Shown piece by piece: positions 33,844-55,779 of a stretch of 64,000 nucleotides of DNA (the first letter of the stretch is position 1; every line of letters starts with the position of its first letter). The translations under genes were made by a program, and so were the position numbers. The stretch is from assembly GCA_040954595.2 (NCBI GenBank), contig CM082582.2:10035483-10099482 (forward strand). The letters are read 5' to 3'. The notes beneath the pieces are model-generated. The model was not told the origin of the DNA. It did no database searches and worked only from the letters and a program-made list of their open reading frames with translations. This DNA comes from Balanoglossus misakiensis. Taxonomy: Eukaryota; Animalia; Hemichordata.

Positions 33844-36800
33844 TTAGGGAAAAGCCACCCCGTAGAATTCATGGCCAGGGCTGTTGAAACACTTGTAGGA
33901 ACAAAGTAAAGCCCTGACTGGAATTGTTCCTGTGGCATTGTTTGTCTTCAATTCCTGTTGAAGAAAAAAAGAATATCACATGAGGACAGTCTGTGATTTA
34001 CAAAATATGGACGCCACTTGGAACAGCAGACACTACACAGCACACTCACCTTATGGGCATTGACGAATCTGACACACTCTAGCCAGGTGTTGAGAAATGA
34101 CTCGCCACAAAGAGCACACTTGCTGGCCTGGGCTAGCATGTCTTTCACATTGGGGTAGTGTCTGATGGCTTTCCTCAAGTAGGACCACCTGTGAACCCAC
34201 CAGAGATGCAGTTAGACGTTTGAGTGTGTGTGATTGTGAGAGCAAATTAAGATAAGTTGGATGAATAGGCTTATAGCATGCATTATATGGAGTAATCTTC
34301 TTCTTTTTTGGGTGGGGGGGTCATTTTGCTTATGGCAATATTGGTAGATGAAAGTGGGGTGTTTCTTTAGAAAATAATCGACTAACAACTTATACAATAG
34401 ATAATTATATTGGTTATAAACGTTATTCCAAAAAATGTACATGTATGTGTTTATTTCAAGGTCAAAAATTGAACGAGAACACAGGTGGAATTCATGGAGT
34501 TTAACAGCATATGAAAAGGAACTTGCAGACACTGATCAAAACGACAACAAAGGTGTAAAACAACATGTGTCAGATCTATTCTAAGACACAAAAAACAAAT
34601 GTGATTGAATGAAACAAACACATTACGAGTGAGAAATTCACAGGAGTGTGAAGATGTATTGAAGACGTGAATTACTGCTACAGAAGGAGCTAGAAGCTGT
34701 CACACGCCAACTTACGCTTCATTCTCTTCCCAAAACAATTCATCTCCGTATCTAACCAATTTGCGTCTTTAGTATCAATGCAGCAAAAAGGACAAATTGC
34801 AGCAAAAATAAACAGGAAAAGCAAGCAGGCACATGCAATGGGGTTAGGCAAGTATAATAAATATATGAATCTAGTCATAAGTAAAAATTAAACCATTACA
34901 AACTGATATACATGAGAGTTTGTTAGAGTCTGATGGTTTAGTTAAATTATCAATTCAAGCAGGTTCAAATCCAATAGGTCCAGTTGGATGTTAGTCAATC
35001 ACGAAATTGGTTAATAAGTTGATAAGCAGAACTGTTTCCGAATTAATAAATCTCATTCTGGTTTCAAAGTTAGTGTGCACTGAGTTCAAATATTTGAAAT
35101 GTTCACAAGAAAAAGACATATTTGAGTTCTGTCTTTGAGGTTATCAGGAAGCTTTGATAGTAACACAGATTTCCATGTAAAAAATCCTCTCACCTGTCTT
35201 TGAGTTCTTTCAATATATATCTTGCAACTATTTCCTGCAAAGAAGAAAGAAACAGAATTCATTCAAAAGCAGTGAGCAACTAGGGTAATAGATCTGTGTC
35301 GCAAGTACAACATTGTCCGAGACATGTTTTCTCAAGTCACCTGGGCTGTCCGTAACTTCATAGCCCTAATAAATCACAGGGGACCATTAACCAATACAAT
35401 CACTCACACACCTCTCTGGCAGGTGCCCAACACTGTAACACAACGAGTGCAGTAACATACCTTGAGTGAGAGAATTTCCTCTTCTTGTATCGAATGAACG
35501 GGTAACTGTTGCAGAAGTGGATTCTCTTCGCTATACAACTCCCTCAAAGGAAGCTTATTCAACTGCGAAAAAATCAAACAATTGAGAAAAAAGTTTCAGT
35601 TGGAAGTCATGATTATAGACGCCAAAACAGAAATCTGAGCGGGTCTAAAAATAGATACCACAGTGTACAGACGTATCAGTGGAGGGAGTCAAATTGTTGG
35701 AATATGATCTGTTTACAATTTTGTATTTTAAGTTTCCAACAACACCATACTCATCCTTACCTCTGTTGGAAATATCCTTAGGTCATTGGCTGCAATATCT
35801 ATCACCTGTAACTTGTACAATTTACCGACTCCTTCCGGAAGCTCTTTAATTCTGTTCTGTTGGAGGTATAGTTTGCGCAGGTTGACAAGGAAGCCCATTT
35901 CCAGGGGCAACACTGAAATCAGGTTGTTGGCCGCGTGCAGTTCTTGTAGCTCGCTCAGAGCGCACATTTCTGAAGGCAGTGTTATCAACAGGTTTCTATC
36001 GACACTGAGAGATTGCAGCTTTGTTAATCTGCAGGAGAAAGGATCAGGGAGAAATTAATTAAACCATCAATATTAGAAAAATTCAAGCTGACATATTATG
36101 ACATAAATTACATTTGTTTGTAAGTGGTCTGTAAAATTTGAGGATTCTGGTGGAAATCTAAGTCTAAAGAATTTCCACTTCAAAGAATTCATTGTATTCA
36201 CCAAACTGCCAGTCAGCATTTTAATGTTGTACGCCTGTTGTAGATCTCAGTGGGAGACCAACGTATGCAAAAAACCTGGTCACGGTGAAGCAACTGTTCA
36301 AACTAAAGACGTAAAGCAATATGTTTTCCACTACAAATTCTTACTTGTTTATTCCTGCTGGAAGTGACTTCAATTTGTTGTTATTCAAATTCAACAGTAT
36401 TAGGTTTCTGAGACCACCTGTTAGAAAGAGAAACACTCAGAAGTTATCAGCAGCCAAACATATTACATCTCTGTAAGTCTTGTAAACCTTGCTCTGATAA
36501 AGCCCAATAATGGGAAGATTAAACTTCCACAATGGATTCAAAACCCGAGTTTCAGCTGTGTCAGGCAAGTGTTTATTCACGAAGGTACTGAGGACACGAT
36601 TCCACATTCTTCTGTAATGCACATGATTGTCGATGGTACCTGTCTCCTGGATACAACAAATCGGGTAAAACTAAGTCAAGGCACTACACACAAAAGACAT
36701 GTCAAGACCAGTACATGCAAATCCACACACCCCCCCCCCCCCCCTCCCTGTGAAATGTCCAATGATGTTTATCACATTCCTGTTTACTTCATCCATTCAC

Positions 36801-38179
36801 ACATAGTGGACTCTGCCCATCAAAGACATGAACTCCAAATGCCAGTGAAAATTACCCGATCATAAAATCAATGTCTCTTTCAGCATCACCCTCATTCACT
36901 TAATGAGTTTAGGAGATTATTGCTTGATTCCACACTGCATTATTGCATAAGCAGGACCACAGTACTTCGAAATAGCAAACACTTAAATAGAGCAAATGCA
37001 TTGTTCTCTATTGTTCAACATTGGCGTTGCTAACTTTAGAATCTCTATGATACACCATTGTGATGTTTACTATGAAATCGACTCACCTAAAACTTTTGTA
37101 TTTAAAGTTGTGATTTTGTTATGGAAAAGATGCAAGGTTTCTAAGCAGTGAAGGTTTCCTAGTGGCTCTGGTAATTCTTCTAATAGATTGTTACCAAGAT
37201 TAAGTACTGTTAACTGGAGAAAAAAGAAGAAATTTCAAAGGTGAGAATGTATTTATTTTTGTCTACATAGTACATAAACAGGGATCAAAATGGAAGAAGA
37301 AGAAAACGTTTTCCTGGTCTTGGATCAATGTCTTCATGATGAATTATAGATGATTCTCAGGTTAATTAATTATTTACAAATTAAAGTCATCAATACATAA
37401 TTTATTACTGAACCAGATCGCAGGTAGTATGGTCAGTATTGGACGTCCAAAAGACAGAGATGGTAAGACAAACATATATTCTGCACTTTAACTCTAGTGC
37501 ATTCCTGTAATGGTATCAGCTTCCATGCACAATGTGTATTCATCGTGTTGTTGCACATCTTACATCGATTTAAACAGTCTGTAAATTTGCCAGGTGCGCT
37601 CATGCACAGCTGAAGTTTTTGTAAAACATTCAAACTAAAAATTTAATGACTTAAGTACACACTTTACGGTGGTATAATTGTGTTTCTAGGCTACAAGTGC
37701 ACGGAAACAGCACGTACTCCGTGCCTATGTGTAATAAACATAGTTTGACATTTTGACATGAAATGTACCATGGATATGATGGAACGCACTGGGAGTCTAA
37801 AATTTTAGGTTTCTGTTGTACGTCGAATTTACTTTTTAAATCTGAAGTATAAAAAAGTCATATTTGTAAAGAGGCACAATTAGTTTTTGTGAAGCATCAG
37901 GCGATTCACTTTTAACAGCAAACAATACACCTGCACCTGTATGTTGTACAGTAACTTCAGTTGTACGTACTCAACATACAGCTGTCTGTCATCAATACTT
38001 ACATTCGAAAGAAACCCTAGTTCTTTTGGCAAGCTTGTGATTTTGTTATTCTTCAGATTTAAACCACTCAAACACTGGAGTTTGCCGATCACCCGAGGGA
38101 CTGTATCTAAGTCCTTGTTCGTCAGGCTGAGATTTTTGGGCTGCCCCTTCAGAGCACGAAGTAGCATCGTATCCGCCAT
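33844..38179 (-). CDS. LRRC69: Leucine-rich repeat protein, LRRC69 orthologue
   Basis: N-terminal LLRALKG, tandem LxxLxLxxNxL repeats, LYSEENPL...EEEILSLKEI, CALCGESFLNTWLECVRFV, IPVRALLCSYKCF. Confidence 0.85.
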
Positions 38180-38553
38180 GATAGTTTACATTGGTTGCCT
38201 TTGGTACCGGTTGCCGGAAAATCTCGTTGCTTGAGGCGAGAAAGCACGGGAGTTGAGCGGAGAGGATACTGGAGTAGAGTATCAACGCACATACACACTC
38301 AAAATGGCGACATACATGCTGAAAACTTAAAATAGTCAAAACAGTGGTTTTTGAAGGTTTTCCTTGCTATCAGCATTATTCACGAAGATCTAAACCGCCA
38401 AACTTCAAGTACTTTCTATTCACAGTAGTATCGGAGGTAGAAGTGCGGTACGCGATAGAAGATCACAATTTTAAGCGACGTTCGTGTTCGTTGACGTTTT
38501 GTTTTGGAGAAGAAATCGCTACTGTGTATCTATCTATTTACCAAGAACTAGTG
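38180..38553. promoter_or_regulatory. Compact bidirectional promoter, LRRC69 / DHX38
   Basis: Only ~375 bp between opposing ATGs. YY1-like CAAAATGGCG (~38300) and ETS-like CCGGAA (~38214). Confidence 0.55.
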
Positions 38554-45439
<6,886 letters not shown>

Positions 45440-46124
45440 AGTTGCTGTGATGAACATGGAGTACAGACCTCTGAACTATGACCACAGACATTTCTCGTCT
45501 TATCAGTTGTTTTCCATGTGTAGTAGCATTCCCTAAACCAACACACCGAAGGATATTGGAATTTTATGGAGAGTAGAAAATTGTCAACTACATTTAATTA
45601 TGTGTTAAGTGTAGCTCAATGAAAAGAACTGTAAGAACCAGATTTTGCTATTGCTGTAATTTGCAAATAAAATCTTATTTATTCACATTTAATTTGTGAA
45701 AATTGTGTTTGTGTAGATCTCTCATAAAGATGCCAGTCTTGATAACTTAAAACAGTCATCATGCAATGTTCTTTCACTATATAAAATACTAAGAAATCTA
45801 CGAGAATGATTTCCTGGAATTGAAAGCCACGTGACTACCCTTGAATACTCCCTAGTACCCCTTGAAAAGAGTACGTCTTCCCGAAAACATTTATGTCATA
45901 ACTACATTTTCATCTTTACGCTGTGAATATCGAGGAGTATGTTTTGCTCAGTTGCTATGGTTGTAAATGATCAGATATTTCGTACGTGGAGAGCACTGGG
46001 AAACAAACTGTCGTTTGCACTCTGGTGTAAAGATTAATTATTGACTGTTAGTTGGGTAGTCTGCGGTGACCTGGTCGGGGCCCTTGACAACGAACCATAT
46101 ATAAGCTTTATTAAGAATTTTAAC

Positions 46125-46958
46125 ATGGCGACCGACTCAATTTTGGCTGAGATCGTGGACGATTCTCTCACATGTCCTGTATGCATGTGCGAATACGAAA
46201 ATGCCAAAATCCTGTCTTGTTTTCACAGCTTTTGCGAGAAATGCCTCATTGGTATTGTCGAGAAGAACTCGGAGAGTTTGCTGGTGTGTCCTATATGTCG
46301 CAAATGCGAAGAGCTTCCGGGACGTGAAGTCAAGGGACTGACATGTAATTTTACCATAAACAATATCCTCGAGAAAATGAAAACGAAAATGGACAGGTAA
46401 AAGTCCTCATTGTATTGTTAAAACAAAGAAAAGGCTTGATTCCAAAAGGCAGCCTATACTATAATATGCGCTTGTTTTGATTTGCTTCTTCTGCTCTCGA
46501 GTGGAAAAGATTAAATCACTTTTTATTTTTAACATTTAAAAGCGTTTATTTCTAGCCTATTCTATGTTATTCAAACGAATAAGATATTCCCAATGTTATA
46601 ATTTTACAGTGCAACCGATACAGTTACAACATTAACAGACCCGATCTCACCAGATCAGATACCAGGTGATTCAAGAGAATCACGTGAACACGAAACCCAA
46701 AGCATTTATCACCATCGTCAACAACCACCAATATCGCCACCGACGTTAACAACACTGTCATCGCCACCAGCATCATCGTTAATAGTTTCAACGGACAGAG
46801 CAGCTGGCTTGTCAGTTCGTCTCCCACCACCGCCCTCCAGACCGTTTGCATGTGGGTTACCACCACCGCAAACTCTACCTCCCCCTCTATCGCCATTGTC
46901 GTTGCTAAGGAATATGCCAGAACCAAAATGGAGGAGCGACTTGCCACCACCGTCATAG
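46125..46958 (+). CDS. TRIM-type RING finger protein with Pro/Ser/Thr-rich tail (exons 46125-46396, 46610-46958)
   Basis: C3HC4 RING LTCPVC...SCFHSFCEKC...CPICR followed by GLTCNFTINNI, typical of invertebrate TRIM2/3/56-like N-termini. Phase-2 intron into an open Pro-rich exon. Confidence 0.75.
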
Positions 46959-47363
46959 CAACTCAAGAACGCCAGCCGCCAGATAGTTCGCTTATGTGCA
47001 ACGATTGCTATACACATTATATTAAACGATAGTAGATTGAAGTAAAACAAATCTTAAGAGAAAAACAGAACAAAAAGGGTTAAAAAATGACGTGAACGAA
47101 ACTCCAATAAAGGACTTGCTGGCTGCCAACTCCCAGAAATTATATAACATAATAGATGTCAACCTTGTAATTCCACACCAGAAAAATATTGTTTAATTAT
47201 ACTTTTATATTTCCAAATGTAAAGTTACAAGTTAGAGAAAAAGTTTGAGTTTTGTGCCTCATCATCCCGGCCCCGCCCATTCACTTTCGCACCTTCGTCA
47301 CTTTCACTAAGATAGGGCGTCTTGTCAAAACCGGAAGTAGACGTAATCTTGGAAGAGATAGCT

Positions 47364-50300
47364 ATGGACTCCAAGGAAGCGATAGAGATTGCGTTGCATA
47401 GTTTACAACGAATTGAACACAGTTTGAAAGAAATCGAGGCAAATTCAAAGCAGGCAGACTCAGAAGTATGGCACATAAAGCGAGATGACGGACAGAAGGT
47501 ACGTGAATTTAGCTTGCTGTGGCAATCGCAGTGTGTTTGTTAGCAACTGTTACTATGAGTATGACCGTCCATGGCCTATTCGGATCCTATTCCTCGCTAA
47601 GTCTGCGTTGCTCGAGTTTTGCCTTGTATTGGGGGTTAGACGGCAAAGTCGGGTCTGATTTTGCCGCTCAGTTCCGACACCAGGCAAAACATCGAGCTGC
47701 GTTTCTACGAGTATGGCTGCCACGATCGCGTCGTCGTTGCCATGGCAGTCTGTCACACGTGATCGTCAAAAACCCAGGTGATCATTTATAAACTGCAGAT
47801 GGGACTTCACACACATATGCATACACATATTGCTTATCAAAACTGAAACACAGTCTGTACTCTTTTACAGGTGACAGTATTAATTCGATGTAATATAATT
47901 AGTGTTGGAGAAATTGACACCGTGAAACAGGAATTTTCCACGGAATTATGGCTGAGTGCGTCTTGGAAAGAACCTTCCTTGGTTGGAAAGAAACGCGAGG
48001 TAAAAAAACAATGTAACATACTAAGGGTATTTGGTGTGATCAGTTTTCATCTTGAAAATGACAAATTACTTCAAGCCAGTGTTAAAGGCATGAGTGCATG
48101 CCTAATTTAATTTTCTTTCTTTCTATACGCATATAGGAAGTGGTATGGGATGACCAGTGGCACCCTAGGTTGGTTTTCTTCAACGCAGTTTCAATCGATA
48201 AAATGGAAACTAAACACCACTTGAATGAGGATGAAGATAGTGATGATGGCGTACCACTTGCTTTTCTGAATATTCGAATGAAGGCGACTTTCAAAGAACC
48301 AATGGAACTCTATGATTTCCCCTTTGACTGCCAGGTGAGTTTAATGGCTACAGTTGTGTGTCCGGTGGGACTCGTCTCTGTTGGTCAATTCATCACAGTG
48401 GTTTTGTCAAGATGATAGAATGATGATAGAATGACCAGATTATCCCTTTTTTCCCTTTATGTTCACAGGACCTAACAATTAGAATCATGTCAGACTGGCC
48501 AGCCACTGATCTGGAGTTTACAAAAAATATGACAATCAAAGACAGTATTAGACGAGATACATTTACAGGTAATGTATGGTTACTGTCTGAAAATAATAGT
48601 AACTGAGGGATGGAAAGTGTGAAAGGAGAACATCACCACTTTCTGTAGTTGCGTGTTATTTGTTGGGCTATTAACCCTTTCACCCCCAGTTCCCTCTTTC
48701 GAGGTCCAACCGTACCATAGAAAACAATGGGCTTGGACTGAACCATGATTCATTGCGATTTTTTGTAGGTGCCCAAGAATGGCATTTATGCAAGCATGTA
48801 ATGAGCCGCCCTGTGGAAGAGGATGCAGAGCTGACCGGGTCGCATCGCAGATATCCGTTGTATCACGTCACTGCACACGTCAAGAGGAGGGTTGGTTTCT
48901 ATCTCTGGAATGTGGCTCTGATCATGGTAAGTATGAATGGCTGTCATCTGCCATTTTCAGTAGTGCCTTGATGTGGAGTGTGGTCAAAATAAGATACCTT
49001 GTTTTGGGAAAACTGTCACCATTGATACTGTCAGTTTTGATCCATAGAGTTAAGATAATCACCGCAGTGAAGACTAGCCCATAAGAGTCAAGATCTGAAT
49101 GGCAATAATACATCTTATTATGGATTTGTTTATTTTCAGTTCCTGATTGTCTGTATGACCTTTGCATCGTTCTCCGTCGAGCCGTCACAACCCGCTGATA
49201 GACTCAGTGTCACTCTGACCTTGTTGCTGACCTCAGTTGCCTTCAAATTTGTTGTGTCGCAGAGCTTACCGACAATATCGTACTTAACAATCCTGGTGAG
49301 TATAATGACTACCACTTCCTGTTTTGCACTCGAAAAGTCATAGCATTTCAAACTGCTACGGAAAATGCTTTGACAATATAAGAAATATGCATTTACTCGT
49401 GGGAAGTGGTTGTACATTGATTTTGCAACCCATACTATCAATTGAAAATTTCTGTCTTCATTGCAGGACAAATACATCATCTTTTGCATGACATTCCAAT
49501 GCTTGATGGTCGTCCAGAATGCCACAGCTTCTGTGTTCACCGATGGGGACGATGCCAAGCTGTTTGATTTGGTCTGCATCATCTGTCTCGCTGCATTGGT
49601 TGTGGTGGCTCATCTGTCATTCTGTATCACCGCTGCGTTCAAGGTAAGATATGTTGACCCCTTCACCTCTCTGCTGCCATCATTACCATTATCATCACAC
49701 CGTCAAAACCATCATCATTGATTACTCAAATGTATCTTATCATCATATTTTATTCATACATTTCCAGGTAAGAGTAAATAACAAGGAAATGAATGCCGCG
49801 GATCAAAAATACAAGGTGAGATGATCAGTATGACATGAAGTATTATACATCCACTGTCATAACATACACACACACACATACATACATACATAAAAGATCA
49901 GAACCACAGTTAAAGAATAAACATCTGATTATACTTCTTTGTGTTCTGCATCAAATGTAGGAACTGTGCCAGAAAATCAATGAGAACTGGGAGAAGAATA
50001 AAGAGAAGAGAAAGAAAAGAGAGGAACTCAAATCGCAGCAGCAAAATGTGGTGTTCGAGTTGAACTACATAGAAAGCGATCACCACGAAGTGAAGAGGAA
50101 AAAGCACAAGAGGTCAAAGGTCAGACCAAATGCACCTCATCACGGAGACGGATCACATGCAAGAAGCAAGGACTCTGATAAGTCACCAAGACATGACGAC
50201 GGCCAGTTCGTGTCCACTAAGGTAAACAGAGCCAGACAATTCAATAGGCACATCTCTTTCTTATACCACAGTCTACGGGATTTTGGCCGAGGTTGGGGAT

Positions 50301-50508
50301 CATTGGCATGGGAACCCCTATAATGCTTCTTCTACCCAGAAAATGTCACTGCATGTTAATTTTGTCCATGTACTAAAGTGAAACTTTGTCTAATTCACAT
50401 CTTGTTATTTTCTCTTCAGTGAAATCAATCGCTCACTTTTGAATGTATTTTCTTGTATTTCAGAGACAAGGCAAGGCAAATTCTGAAGAACTTGATGTTC
50501 CTGTCTAA
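47364..50508 (+). CDS. Cys-less ('Pro-loop') pentameric ligand-gated ion channel subunit, ~468 aa. Exons 47364-47498, 47871-47999, 48137-48334, 48469-48568, 48769-48926, 49140-49295, 49467-49643, 49768-49815, 49961-50221, 50464-50508
   Basis: IDTVKQEF..., WHPRLVFFN, EPMELYDFPFDCQDL (Pro-loop without the flanking Cys pair), pre-M1 KRR.GFY, M2 DRLSVTLTLLLTSVAF, LPTISYLTILDKY, four TM helices. Confidence 0.9.
48671..48750. mobile_element. piggyBac-like MITE fragment (related fragment at ~17682-17790)
   Basis: Begins TTAACCCTTTCACCCCCA. A similar start TAACCCTTTTCACCCCCA...TTGGACT(G)AACCA occurs near 17682. Confidence 0.4.
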
Positions 50509-51434
50509 CACAGTATAAATAAGTATTCTCTACGAAATGTTTTAAATTTTAAGAGGGTAGACTGATTAAATACGAGACCATTGGTATATTTTTATATTCT
50601 CAACTGTGTAACCATATGTATATTTTACAAAATGAGTTGTCATGTATTTATGTTACTGGAGTGCCTTGACACTACTTCCATTGTTGCGTTTTATAATTTT
50701 ATACTCAGTTTATATTTTAACAATATTATTGTTAAATGTATTATTTTTACCTTTGTACTATTGTTATGACAAAACTTTCACTTAAATGTACTGTTTTGAA
50801 ATAAAAATAATCATTATATTAGTTTGTTTCATCTTTGTGCATTTCTTTGGCAAGACATTCACTGTACTGTATGAGTGTTTGGGGTTAATTAAGGCATGAC
50901 CTACAAAATATTTCAGATGAAAGAATACAGATACGCAAGTAAGAAATACAATGACAAAAAACTTTGAACATGGTGGCAGAAGATCAGCTCTCTTTGCAAC
51001 CATTTGAAGAAGTAAATAAATAAATAAAATGCTACATGAGTTGGAAATTGTCACTACACTATACGTGACGCGTGATGTCTGAAAAAATATTGCTTTAAAA
51101 ATATAACCTGCTAAATTGGATTATATTTAAAGGTTGGTGCATGCTTGAAGACAAGATGTAAAGCAATTATATTCAAGATAGAAAACATGCTTTAAATGAA
51201 ATATAAAACTGTCAAATGTGTATTTACAGAAGAATACTTTTATGTTGAGGTAAAATTCTTGTGACGCCATTAATATCATTTGGCCTTCAAAGTTATTTAA
51301 AATTGCCTAATACGTTAATAAAAAAATTGTTAGATATAGTAATGTAAGGAAAATGTGACATATGAAGCTATGGGGGGTGATGATGGTCTAAAGACATGTT
51401 GAGGGTGCCATAGTGAGTTGTCACATGACTGTTG

Positions 51435-55022
<3,588 letters not shown>

Positions 55023-55779
55023 CTAGATAGTTGAGAGATTTGGGATGGACTCCCCTCCACAACAGCAGGTTTCTAGCAGCACGCTGTTCGATGTACAAGA
55101 AAATGGGCGTGGTCGTGAACGGCGATCCTTACGTACGTGAAGTTGAAGGGTAATTTTGCATACACAATATATTTATCAGTAACAGTGAATCGTACTCGCC
55201 CGAAATAAGCAATTACCTGTTAAAACTGCTTTCTTAAACCCTCCGCCGATATTACAGCTTTGTCAGGACACCTACCTGTTGCACAAACACGCACAGTACT
55301 GCCAGACGAAAAACACAAGTCGACTTCCGTGTGTTTGTTCAATTTCGTTCCTCGTGCCAGTTGGTGAGCGCCACCTATGGCAAATTATTGCAACGGTCTT
55401 TGTTTTTATTATGTTTATTATAGCTGTACACGCCAGTTGGATAAAGACACATTCTAAAAGTGCATACGAAAATGTGTTCATTTATTTGTAATATATTTTA
55501 CCGTAAGATTCCTACAAGTAAAACAACAACAAAATCCAGAACAATGTCATTTGTTTCCAAAAACTGTTTTCCAAAATGAAAACACTATAGTGGTATGTAT
55601 TATTTTACAAGTTTCCCATGATGATGAGTAGGGTATTACGTTTATCGTTTCTTTGGATTCAGCTGTTTCATCATCAATGTGCTCTGTCTCGAATAACACG
55701 AGTTCAGATATTTCCCACCATCTCTACCATCGATCACAAACTGGTCTTCTAGTCTGGGATTCTACGTATCCAACAGACA

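Noticed and set aside
46125-47999. Possible RING-pLGIC fusion by splicing
   Set aside because: The RING exon ends in phase 2 and pLGIC exon 2 starts in phase 0. A poly(A) signal and promoter motifs lie between the genes.
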